DNA from: Octopus vulgaris
Lineage: Eukaryota
Length of the DNA: 64,000 nt
Assembly (NCBI GenBank): GCA_951406725.2
Contig: OX597826.1
Location: 60,636,001 to 60,700,000 of the forward strand
Direction: 5' to 3'
The first letter of the stretch is position 1; the number at the start of each line of letters is the position of its first letter. The notes under the pieces are model-generated. The model was not told the DNA's origin and searched no databases. It worked only from the letters and a program-made list of their open reading frames with translations. The translations under genes were made by a program, and so were the position numbers. Of this stretch, positions 1 through 14,010 are shown one piece after another.

Positions 1-40
1 ATACTACATGTGTGTGTTTATCTGTGTATATGTATCTATG

Positions 41-103
<63 letters not shown>

Positions 104-316
104 ATATATATATATATATATATATAAAGTTTATCTGTTAGCTTTCTTTCTATTTCTGTACACACTCGTTAACAATAAGCTGCCTTTCTTTCCTTTTGTT
201 TTTCAAAAACCTGTTGATTGTCCATCAGGCTAGAATCCTTATTTTAGCAAATTTTACGACGCTCTATATTGCCTTGATTATTTCTTTCTCACTCTCTGAT
301 TCCCTTTCTCTCTCTC

Positions 317-368
<52 letters not shown>

Positions 369-710
369 CCTCATTTTCTTCTCGCTATCTCTCTGTCTGT
401 CTCTCTATCTCACTTTCTCTCTCTCACTCTCGATTTTGGATTTTGTCCACTTCCTCTCCATTTCCAACATACATATTCTGTCTAGGAATTCATAATATGC
501 TTATTTCTATATATCTACGTATAGAGATATTTATCTGAATATACATGTTCGGGAGGCAGAAGGAAAGCGTTTACCTTTCAATCTCTAAACTTCATTCTCT
601 GCAAATATTTTTAATATTTTTACAATATTTTTTCAGGGAAATGTACTCCATATATACATATACATATACATACATACATACATACATACATACATACATA
701 CATACATACA

Positions 711-775
<65 letters not shown>

Positions 776-779
776 GAGT

Positions 780-1110
<331 letters not shown>

Positions 1111-1239
1111 GTATATGTATGTATATATGTATGTATGTATGTATGTATGCATGCATGTATGTATGTATGTATGTATGTATGTATGTATGTATGTATGTAT
1201 GTATACGCCTTTTACCTAAATGAAACTGTGCTTCATAAA

Positions 1240-1318
1240 CCTCTGAGGAAGCTACTTCTTGATACCCAAACACTCAACTAAGAGTGTATTGCCTCTTATA
1301 GCGGAAACAACTGTAAAT
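1240..1318 (+). ncRNA. Degenerate type-I hammerhead ribozyme motif
   Basis: CTGAGGA (1243-1249), stem II GCTA..TAGC, GAAAC-AACT-GTA (1304-1315); stem I is poorly paired. Confidence 0.55.
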
Positions 1319-1417
1319 CAAGGAAGTTCATTATGTAATATCTTGTTCGCTTGATATAAAAATATATATATAATATATATATATACGTACATATATATAT
1401 ATATATATGTATATATG

Positions 1418-1481
<64 letters not shown>

Positions 1482-1995
1482 ATATATATATATATGTACA
1501 CATATATGTATGTATGTATATATGTGTGTGTGTATGCGGGCAGGTAATATACTTTTCAAATAACAGTAATCATACCTCAAATATTTCTCATTAACCATAT
1601 CTGTTCAATTACGACTCACCTGTGGCGAAACAACAATAACGACAACATTTGCACAAAATTTGTTTCTAAACTATATTTTTCTGTTATATTCTGGCTTTTT
1701 CTCTAATCATTTTCTAAATGTTGCTAGTCTTAATAGAGCTGATTACTTTAGGAATTAAGTTCCCAAAATAGAACGGTAAGTAACTAGATTGCAAATTCAC
1801 TTCAAAACTTGTTCGTCGGCTGCTGTTAAATCTCCTTGTTTGCGCCATATGTTTAAAAAATATTACACTTATCAATACAAATACTACCGAGTATCCAAAA
1901 TTGCTGTATATCTTGTAGCTCAATTATCTCTTTGGAGTACAATGCAGTGTGCACGTGTGTATACGTACATTCACGTATTTTATATATATATATAC

Positions 1996-2345
1996 AAAAA
2001 TGCAAAATATCTAGATGATGCAAAAAAGGGACAACGAAACATCCACACATATGATACAAAAGAAGCACAAGAAAAAACACGGACGGGTCATTCGAAGATT
2101 TCTTTCCTCAGTCGAGTTCCATATTATCTTTGCAATTTGGGCTGCTTATACTCGAGATTGCTCCAATCTGGCCAACTAAGCTAAGAACATTAGATTCCTT
2201 GGACGAAAGCAACGAATGTATACGAAAACAAGGACGGGAAAACGGAGAAATGTTACACAAATACAAGTGCAAATAACAGGACATAACAACAGGTGTCTTT
2301 CAACTAAAAACGAATTAAATTAAGCTGGTGTGTCAAAGTGAAGCC
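1996..2345 (-). mobile_element. Interspersed repeat family F, copy 1
   Basis: Reverse-complement similarity over ~350 bp to 53515-53882; contains CGA-CTGAGGA-AAGA..TCTT-C-GAATGAC on the minus strand. Confidence 0.75.
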
Positions 2346-3285
2346 TTACGGCAGGGACATAAGAGATGACAGGCTTGAGGAGGAATATAGATGTTGCACG
2401 GATGGTAGCCGAACAAAGAAAGAAAGGTCACGTGGGGAGAGAGGAGAGAAGTAGAGGCAGAGGGACAAAAGAATTAGGGAGGGACGAGAAAAAACGGAGA
2501 GAGTGAAGTGAAAGAGGGGGGAAGGTGAAAATGAAGAGAAAGCCAGGAAATGTGAGAGAGGGGGAACGAAAGAAAGAAGAGCGGAAAGAACGAAGTTAGT
2601 GTGAAGGGGCTGATTGAAAGAATGAATGAAAGTATGAGTCGTACGTACTATTACCCCTCTCTCCGCCCCATCACTTAGAATATATCACTACATAACTGAC
2701 ACTCCTTTACCTTTTACATTATTATACATCCCTCTCTCTCTCTCTCCCTCTCTCTCTCTCTCTAACACACCCATCTCACCTTTTTACACACTAATACCTT
2801 TCTCTCTATATCACCCTCATCTCTCCATTCCTACTTTCAAATCTTCTTTACTGACCACAAACTGGTACGCTTTCTCTTATTATCTCTCTCCTTGTTTTTT
2901 TTTCCTTTTTCTTTCTTTTCTTTATTCCTCTCTTACATTTTCTCCTTTTTTTCCTTTTTCTTCTCTTTTTATCTCCTTTCATTATTCCTCTCTTCCTGTT
3001 TTCTATTTGACCTTACAAATACATTCCTTTGTTTTAGGTCACTTTAAATAAAACTCTTGATTCAATAGCACTGTGTACAATCTCTATACATGGAATAGCC
3101 AATTTTAATAATATTGGATTTTACTCACAAGGTATTGGAATCTTATACGCATACCATTCTGCCAAAATAATGGATCTACAAATGCAATATCCCTGCATAT
3201 CTCACATCTATTTTTATTCCTCCACTTCACTCTCTCTTTCGTATCTTATCTAAATTAACTATTGATTAACAGTCTTCTCACACCA

Positions 3286-3333
3286 TCTCCAATGAAGGGA
3301 TATAATAAATATCCTGGAAACAGCTGTAAGACT
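3286..3333 (+). ncRNA. Degenerate hammerhead ribozyme motif
   Basis: TCT-CCAATGA-AG-GGATAT-aataa-ATATCC-TG-GAAAC-AGCT-GTA-AGA: stem II, palindromic stem III and GUA triplet present; CUGANGA box mutated. Confidence 0.55.
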
Positions 3334-3458
3334 TTCTAGTTATAAATATTCTAAAATCTTCTCAGCCCTGTTTTTTCATCTCAGTCTGAAAAAATTGTAT
3401 ATATATATATATATATACCCATTAACGCGTTCACACACGCAACACACACAGACACACA

Positions 3459-3536
<78 letters not shown>

Positions 3537-4057
3537 CACACTTACAAATCCTGGGGTGGCAGTGTCTAAACTCTTTCTGTGCAGTATTCATCGTCGGGCT
3601 GTCAAGCAAGTCAAAACTTCTAAGTTGCAGTCAATCAAATTTTTGTCTTTTTGTAGACAAGTCAAATATATATTTTCACAACAAACAAAAGTCAGTTTAA
3701 GGTTAAATTGTTTTTATTATAAAGTTACATAAGAATAATCATATATCTATACATACATTTATAGAGAAAAAGTAACTCTGAAACCGGAAGTATTTTTTCC
3801 TATTTCATTATTGATATATGAAATATAAAATGTCTGGAAGGAAATGGTAAACCACTGCTTATTTTATTCTTTGTTTTCTGTTTGGCTTTGTATATGTCAT
3901 CTACAGAGAACTAAATATGAAGTGGTTTACCAGACATTTTATATCTTTGTAAGTAAGTAATAAATAAATGAAAGCAAACTTGCATTTTCTGATTTATTTT
4001 TCTCTAATATTATTAATATTTTCCACTGTACACTTTCCAGGATTAGCACAGCCATAC

Positions 4058-4161
<104 letters not shown>

Positions 4162-4189
4162 ATATCTATCTATCTGTCTATCTATCTAT

Positions 4190-4517
4190 AGATACCACCA
4201 TGCTAGAGACACCAGTCAAAACTTGACTCTGGAAACACTTCCTGTATTCATACAGCACGAGGTGAAAAGACAAATAGAGAAATGAACTAGCAGAAAATTA
4301 TTGGATAATACCAGATCCGGATTTTTTGCTCTTATCTGTGTATATCCCATTGACGAGGCAGAGTACATTTTAATACAGAGTCAGAAATCCGATCTGCAAT
4401 TCTCCAATTTTTTGTGCTTGTTTATTTGGCTTTTTGTCTTTTCACCTGGTGCTGTATGAATACATGAAGTGGTTTTAGACTCAAATTTTGATTGCTATCT
4501 CTAGCATGCTGGTATCT
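4190..4517. repeat. Long imperfect fold-back (about 130-bp arms)
   Basis: gataccaccatgctagaga..gtattcatacagcacgaggtgaaaagacaaa pairs with tttgtcttttcacctggtgctgtatgaatac..tctctagcatgctggtatc. Confidence 0.85.
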
Positions 4518-4667
4518 CTGAGATACTCTTAATTATAATTTTAATTATGATACCTACAAGATTTTTATACCCATGCTGGCCACTTGATACGGTCGATATT
4601 TTAAATAACGATCTTATCCTTACTTATATATACTTATATATAACACAGGTGCTATTCAAATTCTTTT

Positions 4668-4756
4668 ATTTCCGACACATGTTTCGAAGATATCACTGGT
4701 ATTTTTTCAAAGGAACAAAATGATATAAAACAATGTAATCTTCTCTTCGGGGAAAT
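4668..4756 (-). ncRNA. Type-I hammerhead ribozyme, U4C core variant, long loop 2
   Basis: Minus strand reads ATTTCC-CCGAAGA-GAAGAT-(loop)-ATCTTC-GAAAC-ATGT-GTC-GGAAAT: 6-bp stem I, 6-bp stem II, GUC triplet. Confidence 0.75.
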
Positions 4757-5124
4757 GAAGAAATAAAACTCATCAATAAGACATTTTAACAGAATATGAT
4801 AGATATGTTATCTATCAGGATATACAGAGAAAGTTACCTAAATTAATTCCATTCAATCTTATTCTACATTAACTAATGGAGATAAGAAATCTAGTTGTAA
4901 TGGAGATAAGAAATCTAGTTGTAATTTTAATTTATACACTAGCACCAAACAGAGGAAGGGAGATAACCCTTATCTAAACCACTATTTTCGTTCGAAAGGT
5001 AAATCTACGTCTTTCAAATATAGTTACACTAAAAATAAGGTAAATAATAGTAAATCCATTTGGTTAATCATTCCTTATTGGAAAAATTAAATCTAATCTT
5101 CCTTTGAAGTTTTGTGAAACTACC

Positions 5125-5485
<361 letters not shown>

Positions 5486-6100
5486 TAAACAAATATATTC
5501 TATGATTATAAACATAATTATAATTAGGGGTCAGCTAATTGCTTCGCCACGCATGGATTTAGAAATAGGAGCTAAAATTCATTAGCTCCTACCGTAAAGA
5601 TCTCCAAGACAATTACACACCTTTTTTACGTAAGCAAAAAGAAAAAATAAAGAATCCGCAGCACGACTCAGATTAGCTACGTACACGTTTCAAGATTAAA
5701 GAAAATTTATATTTACTTAATTCCCATCTTCAGTGTAGCATTTCAAATACTTGATTAATTAATAGATTAATTAATTTTACGCTTATATTATTAATATATA
5801 TATATATTGATTGATTGATTGATTAACTGATTGATTGATTGATTGATTAACTGATTGATTGATGCAGTGATAGAATGAGAGAGAGAGAAACCTTTATGAT
5901 TTATCCTTTACGTATTTTGGTGTTACTGGTTCACATATCTGAAGGGGTTTCGTCGAATAAATTGGCCCTAACAATTAATATAACGGTCCCTTTAGTGAAC
6001 TGCTTACTACTAAGTAACGATGATGTAAAGAAAACAGGGCCGGGAGGAATAGGAAAGGGGTGCAAGCCCAAAGACACACAAGCGTACACACACATACATA

Positions 6101-6425
6101 TACAGGGTACGACGTAAAGAATTCCCGATTTACTTTTTGTCACTTTTTCGTAAAGGACATAAAGGGACACGAATTCTTTAGGATTTAATTAAACATGGTC
6201 ATGTAACAAATGAAAATAGGTTTCATTCAATATGTCCAACTTTAGCCTTCATGATCGCTCGAAGACTGTCGAGAACAGAGACACGGACACCGGGCGTCTT
6301 CTTCATTAAACGGCCCCATGACGCGAAAAACGGAAGACATATCAGACAAATGGTTGGTCATAGCCTTCGCGTGTGTGGGACTTTCGATCAGGCGCTGGCA
6401 ATACTTGATCATACTTTGCAGCCAT
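6101..6425 (-). mobile_element. Tc1/mariner-superfamily transposon 3' relic
   Basis: Minus-strand peptide ..SVLDSLRAIMKAKVGHIE* (stop at 6223-6225) resembles Tc1/maT C-termini; TA + CAGGGT terminus at 6101. Confidence 0.6.
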
Positions 6426-6429
6426 CATG

Positions 6430-6461
<32 letters not shown>

Positions 6462-6940
6462 TGTATGTATGTATGTATGTATGTATGTATGTCTCTTCTG
6501 TTTAAATTCTTCCTCTGAAGAAGGAACTGGTTTCTAACTAAGACACAATGCTCCATCTTTGTATTTATGTATGTACTGTCAGGCTATTTGTGAACTTTCC
6601 CCTGCTACTGGTAACATGAAATCCACTGCAATGTGTCCCATCGTCGGATTATACTTTACTATCCCTGCACACCCACTCGGCTTACCTGGCCTGGTGGGTT
6701 ACTAGAAATCCAACAGGACCAAAAGCAAAACCTGTCCGAACAACGGATGAACCTACTCTGCTTCAACAGAGTCTGTTTGAAGATAACACGCGCTCTCAGA
6801 AATTTCAAGTAGGCGTCCGGCCTGCTGGAGAACAACAAGCAGTGATGCACACTTTGGCTTTGGTTCAAGTACGTTTATAAGAGACAAATAAAAGACAGAG
6901 ATAATAGACACACACACACACACACACATACACACACACA

Positions 6941-6982
<42 letters not shown>

Positions 6983-7160
6983 ATTGTCTTTAATTTCCAA
7001 ACGTTACCAAATATAAAAGGCATATAAATGATTTTGAGTCTGCAATGTATGTTTCAGAGTATATAATGTGTGTTAATATGAGTATATATATATACACCTC
7101 TGTGCGTGTATACATATGCACATACATAACTCTGAGTTTGTCTGTGTATATATCTATCTA

Positions 7161-7219
<59 letters not shown>

Positions 7220-7239
7220 ACATGTATATATATATATAT

Positions 7240-7292
<53 letters not shown>

Positions 7293-7533
7293 CATACATA
7301 CATACATATATGCGCACACATACGACCATAAATGTGGTTTGAACTTTTTATGTCCATGTGCCACTGGGGACATGCATTGATATAAGATCGGCACATGTGT
7401 GAGTACCTCTTTTTTTATGCGTCTGTCTGTGTGTCAAGATGGAAATGTGTAAGCATATGCCTATGTATATATTAGTGGACATGTATCTAGGTGCTTACAT
7501 ATTACACACACACACATATGTATCATATTTATG

Positions 7534-7620
<87 letters not shown>

Positions 7621-7733
7621 GTTTGAAGAAAAGAATAAGAAAAACCATTTACTGTAGGATATTGAGATATAGCGTCAGATTGAAAGATGACGCTGGAAGA
7701 GTTAAAAAAACATTATTATTATCATTATTGTTA

Positions 7734-7773
<40 letters not shown>

Positions 7774-8072
7774 CATCATCATCACCATCATTGTTATGAG
7801 AGTTCTCATTTTTTCTTGTATGTAACATTGTTGTCGCTCTTGACGTTGTTACTCAAGAGAATCTGTCTTTGCAGTAAGGAAACAAATGATTACATTGACC
7901 GCTGATGTTTGATAGAAAATGAAAATTAAAGAAAAGAAAATGATATGCGTGTTTTGAATGTTATAAGCACAGCAATATGATGGTCGTATGTACAGAATAC
8001 ATGTGGCAAATCTTTACACAACATTCACACATGTTACATAATGAAACACACACTTATCATATGCCTACACAT

Positions 8073-8103
<31 letters not shown>

Positions 8104-8291
8104 CGTAAAGATTACTCATTTGGGAAGACTGGGGGTTTTAGAGAAATAAATGAACGGATATGGACAATAAGTGAATAGTTGTGTATAAATATATAGAAGA
8201 ATAGATATATTTCGAACATTGAAGGGACAAATACATTGTTTGATAAACAAGAAAGAGTGGGGAAAAGGAAGGCCACAACAACTCAATCATT

Positions 8292-8337
<46 letters not shown>

Positions 8338-8342
8338 AATGA

Positions 8343-8544
8343 CTACCAAAAAAGAAAGGAATGTTCTCCAGAAAATTTAGCAAACGCGAGAATGTAAGCG
8401 AGTAATGCAATGAAAATATACAAAATAAACAGATTAATCACAAGCCAGTTTAATCTGTATATTTTGTATATTTTCATTTGTCTTGCTCGCTTACGGTCTG
8501 GCGTTTGGTAAATTGTCTTGACAACATTCCTTTCTTAGTGGTAG
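8343..8544. repeat. Fold-back element, copy 1 (~95-bp arms)
   Basis: aagaaaggaatgtt..gtaagcgag..aatgaaaatatacaaaata..cagattaa / ttaatctg..tattttgtatattttcatt..ctcgcttac..aacattcctttctt. Confidence 0.85.
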
Positions 8545-8710
8545 GACCATAGGTGGTCGACTTCTAGCATATGGATGTCCACTTAGTGGTCGTCCCCCCT
8601 CTTATATGTATATAATATATTTTATTCTATATGCTAGACCACTGGATTTAAATTGATATTCTTCAAATTAATATTCAATTTTTCACCCTTATTATTTTAA
8701 ATTTATAATT

Positions 8711-8760
<50 letters not shown>

Positions 8761-8772
8761 AAGTATGAGCAT

Positions 8773-8937
8773 TAAGTGGACACTCAATATGCTGGATGTA
8801 GATCCCATAACATCTGACCACTTAGAAAAGATTGTTCTCAAGAAAATTCAGGAAACGCCAGAATTATCTTGAGAACAATCTTTTCTTAGTGGTCAGACCA
8901 TGTGGAATCTACCTCTAGCATATTGGGTGTCCACTTA
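8773..8937. repeat. Fold-back element, copy 2 (related, lacks the central part)
   Basis: taagtggacactcaatatgct..agaaaagattgttctcaaga / tcttgagaacaatcttttct..agcatattgggtgtccactta; 3' tail to ~9050 is shared with copy 1. Confidence 0.8.
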
Positions 8938-9054
8938 GTGGTCATCCCCCTTATCTGTATGTAATATAATTTCTCTGAATCTTCAATTTTTTTTTAATAT
9001 GCTAGGCCACTGGCTTAAATTGATATTAATCAAATTAATAATTAATTTTTACCC

Positions 9055-9444
9055 AGTGGCTGTGTGATAAGTAACTTGTTTACCAACCACATGGTACTGG
9101 GTTCAGTCCCACTGCGTGGCACCTTGGGTAAGTGTCTTCTACTATAGACTCGGGCCGACCAAAGCCTTGTCGTATAAAGAAGCCCGTCGTATATATGTAT
9201 ATATATATATGTATATGTGTGTGCGCGTGTATGTTTGTGTTTCTGTGTTTGTCCCCCTAGCTTTGCTTGACAACCGATGCTGGCGTGTTTATGTCCCCGT
9301 CACCTAGCGGTTCGGCAAAACAATTGCGATAGAATAAGTACTGGGCTTACAAAGAATAAGTCCCGGGGTCGAGTTGCTCGATTAAAGGCGGTACTCCAGC
9401 ATGGCCACAGTCAAATGACTGAAACAAGTAAAAGAGTAAAAGAG
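9055..9444 (+). mobile_element. tRNA-derived SINE family A
   Basis: Pol III A box TGGCTGTGTGA, B box GGTTCAGTCCC, CORE-like ccttgggtaagtgtctt, internal microsatellite, tail gactgaaacaagtaaaagag; at least 6 copies in window. Confidence 0.9.
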
Positions 9445-9460
9445 AGAGAGAGAGAGAGAG

Positions 9461-9499
<39 letters not shown>

Positions 9500-9618
9500 G
9501 GGAGTCAGTTTTGCCAGTTTCTGTTTTCATCATCAGTTAAACCAGCTCGCTGTTCGACCCTTTTCCGGACCTATTTCTCTGTTACCATAGATGTTTCCGT
9601 CAATCAAATTTATGGATA

Positions 9619-9839
9619 CCCTTTCGTTACCAACCCGGCTGAAGCCGGCTCTAGCTCTATAGCACAAATGTCTTGTTTTCATAAGTTTTGAATTAAAATC
9701 TTCCACCAAACCTTAATCACAATTTATGTTCCTAGCAGTAGCTTAATGATAACCAAGTAATTTTACTAAATTCTTTGTTATATTTAAAGTAATTGAAAGA
9801 AATACAGAGCATTTCAAAATAAATACAGTAACAAAAGGG
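9619..9839. mobile_element. piggyBac-like MITE
   Basis: TIRs CCCTTTCGTTAC / GTAACAAAAGGG; TTAA on the right flank, left TSD not intact. Confidence 0.6.
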
Positions 9840-10249
9840 TTAAACAATTCGCTAATGTGCATACATTAATTTAAACAGTATGTTGCAATGTTTCATCTGA
9901 AAGGAGAATTATAATTGTCGCTAAATTTGACTAAGATGTTAAAAAAACATCTACATTGCTAGAAGTAAGAATTAATACACTTTAATGCTGTTGTTAACGC
10001 ACTTGAATGTAAACATATACACTAACATGGATCATAATTGTCCTAAAACTCCCTACCGAGAATTAAGACTGGCGTTAGATTCAGCAATTTCTGTTGCCAT
10101 CATTAGTTAACACAGCTTGCTGTATATGAAAACATATACGCTAACAGGGACCGTAATTGTCCAAAAGATGCCGGCGTTTTTGGTGAATATATATATATAT
10201 ATATACATACACACACACACACACATATATATATATAAATTTTTTTTTT

Positions 10250-10495
10250 CGTGACCGACCAGACCATCAGATGTTTTTACACATCGCTGGTCACAATGCG
10301 TTCGCATTGTTTTAGTCTTTGAATGAAGAAAGAGTGGGAGAAAGAGTGGTGAAAGAGTACTAGCCCCTGCCGGAGCCTCGTGGAGCTTTTAGGTTTTTCG
10401 CTCAATAAACACTCACAACACACGGCCTAGGAATCGAAACCGCGATCCTCCAACCACGAGTCCGCTGCCCTAACCACTGGGCCATTGAGCCTCCA
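10250..10495 (-). mobile_element. tRNA-derived SINE family C, alternative-tail subfamily
   Basis: Head gtggaggctcaatggcccagtggttagggcagcggactcg..gtttcgattcc shared with 11892-12281; different 3' part. Confidence 0.8.
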
Positions 10496-10518
10496 CATAT
10501 ATAAATATGTATATATAA

Positions 10519-10676
<158 letters not shown>

Positions 10677-11535
10677 TAAATGAAGAGGGAAAGAGAGAGA
10701 GAGACAGAATATTGAAGTGGGCCTATCCAATCCTTAGATCCCTAGATCCTTAGGTATGCTAACTACAAAATTCAGAAAGTGTGTTTATCAAAAGCGGAAA
10801 AATATAGTTACATGAAAAAAGCAGAACTAGATGTCAGATCAAAACAAAGTGTAAACCAAAAAGATGGCACAATCTCACAAAAGATTGTTTATCCAATTAA
10901 CCGACTTGCGGAGAAATGTTTGAATCGTGATATTATTACAAACTAAAATTTGTGTCAGTCTACCATTCTAGGCTGTAGAATTTGGAAAAATGCCGCTGCG
11001 TAAACCATTTAAGAGATAATAGACACAATATATTTGATTGTATTGTATAAAAAAGTGGTATATTGTTCGACATATATATGTTGCCGAGATTGGCGTTTAA
11101 ATTAAATATGTATGAAAAAAATGGTTTAAAAAATCTTAGAATAAATGAAGTGACTAAATTAAAGCTAAACGTCAGATATATTGAATTAATATACAGAGAA
11201 TTGATATGCCAGACTATATTGCTAGTGTATTGAAGACACAATAGCGAACGTAACATGCTAAATATCGATTTCAAAGTTTGACACAAGACCAGCAATTTGG
11301 GTGGAGAGAATAAATCGATTACATCGACCCTAGCACTCGACTAATACATTCTTTTTATCGATATCGAAAGGATGAACTGCAAAGTCAACCTCTGCGGAAT
11401 TTAAACTAGAAAAGACGGGCGACATGCCTATTAACATTGTGCTCAGACCAGAAGATAATACATTCCGTACAAAAATGAATATAGTTTTTAAGATATCAAA
11501 ATATATCAACTATATAATGGACGGGAGATAACAGT

Positions 11536-11891
11536 TTATTCCCAGTAGACGCCTTTAGCTTCCACTACGGCCTCAAGATTACCACGGTACCTGGCGCATG
11601 CGTTCCTCGCTGCAACCCTGGGATGATCTTCGGATATGTCTTTGATCTTGACCAGCATCTCTGCATTGGTGGTGCGGACAAAGCGGTGGGTGTCATTCTC
11701 AACCGCACCTAACACATAGTGATTTACTGCATTATAATCAGTGTAATTAGGAGGCCAACATTTGGGACTGGTGAATGGGGTGGAAATCCCCCGACAAACA
11801 CTGTTGACACTGTTTATTCACAGTAGATGCCCTTAGCTTCCACGACGGCCTCAAGACAACCACAGATCCTGGTGTATGCGTTCCTCGCTGT
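11536..11891 (-). pseudogene. Tc1/mariner (maT/DD37D-like) transposase C-terminal relic with duplicated C-terminus
   Basis: Minus strand FTSPKCWPPNYTDYNAVNHYVLGAVE..ARNACARYRGNLEAVVEAKGVYWE* (decayed WPPNSPDLNP motif); second copy ARNAYTRICGCLEAVVEAKGIYCE* at ~11814-11890. Confidence 0.75.
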
Positions 11892-12281
11892 GGAGTGGAA
11901 GCACTCCGTCGGTTACGACGATGAGGGTTCCGGTTGATCCGAATCAACGGAACAGCCTGCTCGTGAAATTAACGTGTAAGTGGCTGAACACTCCACAGAC
12001 ACGTGCACCCTTAACGTAGTTCTCGGGGATATTCAGCGTGACACAGAGAGTGACAAGGCCGGCCCTTTGAAATACAGGTACAACAGAAACAGGAAGTAAG
12101 AGTGAGAGGAAGTTGTGGTGAAAGAGTACAGCAGGGATCACCACCATACCCTGCTGGAGCCTCGTGGAGCTTTTAGGTGTTTTCACTCAATAAACACTCA
12201 CAACGCCCGGTCTGGAAATCGAAACCACGATCCTATGACCACAAGTCCGCTGCCCTAACCACTGGGCCATTGCGCCTCCAC
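11892..12281 (-). mobile_element. Full-length tRNA-derived SINE family C with 12-bp TSD
   Basis: A box TGGCCCAGTGG, B box GTTTCGATTTC; TSD gttcctcgctgt at 11880-11891 and 12282-12293. Confidence 0.9.
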
Positions 12282-12943
12282 GTTCCTCGCTGTATCCAGT
12301 CAGCGTTTGACCACAGTCTAAATCAGACTCACATAACCGTCTGAACTGTGCCTATGTCCCTACTCAAAGATGTTGGGTATCATGACATAATCAAACCAAC
12401 TATTGTCTCTATTCGAGCAGGCAGAGCTTAGAAGTCTCCGTTGCAACTTTCCATATCACATCTTACAGACTTTTCAGTGTTCACAGAGCATCGAGGAGTG
12501 ATGATAGCGGTGTTTTGTTACCCAGGTGATTATTCGTTTGGTTTCCACCTCTCCATGTCAGCAAACTTTTCAAACTACAACTTTAATCTTTATGCTCTCC
12601 AACATCATTGGTGGTTCAGCAATATATGAATCTTTTCCTGAAAACAGGAGACATGGAAAAAGTATCAAATTTAGAGGATGCCTATGGTCATAGGCACAAA
12701 TAAAGCTAGTAATGGGATCCTCGAACCGATCGGGGGGGGGTTACCTCTCCTCTCAGCATATGTATATATTTTCTGTGTTCCTCCTACAATGTTGAGAGTT
12801 TTTTTACTCTTATTTCTAGCAATGTATGTGATCCAGCAACCTTAGTCACGTAACATTTATTGACGATTGAATTTTTTCCAATATTATGCTATCACATAGC
12901 ACCATATATATAAATGTATGTAGCTATATAGATAGATACATAA

Positions 12944-13022
<79 letters not shown>

Positions 13023-13167
13023 AAAAGCAATTAAGATTCAAGTGAATTCATTAGAATTGACTTGAATGCGGTACTTAACTTAGATGCACCAGAAAACTAT
13101 ATGGTGTTAACCATACAGTAATATGGGGTGATTATAAACGAGAAAGAAGCAACAAGAATGGATTAGT

Positions 13168-13258
13168 TTTTAGTACAATTGTTTCATACAAAGACAGGCT
13201 TTATTAAAAGTTGCAAATATTGCAGCAGATAAAAGTGTCCCGTACTCATCAGCTAAAA
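13168..13258 (-). ncRNA. Type-I hammerhead ribozyme, canonical core
   Basis: TTTTAG-CTGATGA-GTAC(GGGACA..TGTCTTT)GTAT-GAAAC-AATT-GTA-CTAAAA: all core nucleotides, 6-bp stem I, palindromic stem III ACAAUUGU. Confidence 0.85.
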
Positions 13259-13924
13259 CACATATGAGTTCTCCAAACATCTTAGTGGGTGAGGCTACAC
13301 TCATGAAGCATTGGAGATAATTTCATTAAAAGCAGATTCAGGTTGTAAACAGACTTCCGAAGTTCTTTAATGATGATGCACAGTCTTATCACAGGTTTTA
13401 AAAAAGCTTATTAGCTTCACAGAGAAGGTGAATTAATCCGTAGTGTAGGTGTAAATTTCCAGAGATATGAGGAGGTGTTTCATACTCACAGACGATGAAT
13501 TTATCCATGGTTAATCCACAATGAGGTGGGTATAATTTCATGCTATATGATAAGGTATTTGCCACATTACTGTTCTCTTCACAAGACTGCTATGTTATGA
13601 CTTTTAAAGGCTGAAGGAATTTTTGTGGAGCAAAGAAAAGAAAAGAAAGGGAAGAGAAGAAAAGAAACAAGGAAAAAGGAAAAAAAAAAAAAGAAAAAAG
13701 AAAAAGAAAAAAGAAAAAGAAAAAGAAAAAAAAGAAGAAAAGAAAAAAGAAAAAAGGGAAAAAAGAAAAAAGAAAAAACGCCCACTTAGAGTATACTGTG
13801 ACAACTGAGAGGGAAAAGGGTCGCAGGTAACCCACTACACAGAAAAGTTTGTAGAAAAATATATATATATTTAGTGTAGGAAGAAATAGGGCTGAACGAA
13901 GATTGAACAAAATTCATTTTTATT

Positions 13925-14010
13925 ATTTTCTACATATGTTTCAAAGGCTGCAAAGTCCCTAATTCGGATTGAATGAGGAGTCCATTTTGCAGCCTTCTCT
14001 TCAGGAAAAT
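13925..14010 (-). ncRNA. Type-I hammerhead ribozyme, canonical core
   Basis: ATTTTC-CTGAAGA-GAAGGCTGCAAA-(loop)-TTTGCAGCCTTT-GAAAC-ATAT-GTA-GAAAAT: 6-bp stem I, 12-bp stem II, palindromic stem III ACAUAUGU. Confidence 0.88.

Noticed and set aside
9505-9545. Minus-strand CTGATGA-TG-AAAA-CA-GAAAC
   Set aside because: Only a 2-bp stem II, no UH triplet and no convincing stem I
12670-12705. TAGAGGA-TGCCTATG-GT-CATAGGCA-CAAA hairpin
   Set aside because: Perfect 8-bp stem, but both core boxes deviate; too decayed to call an HHR
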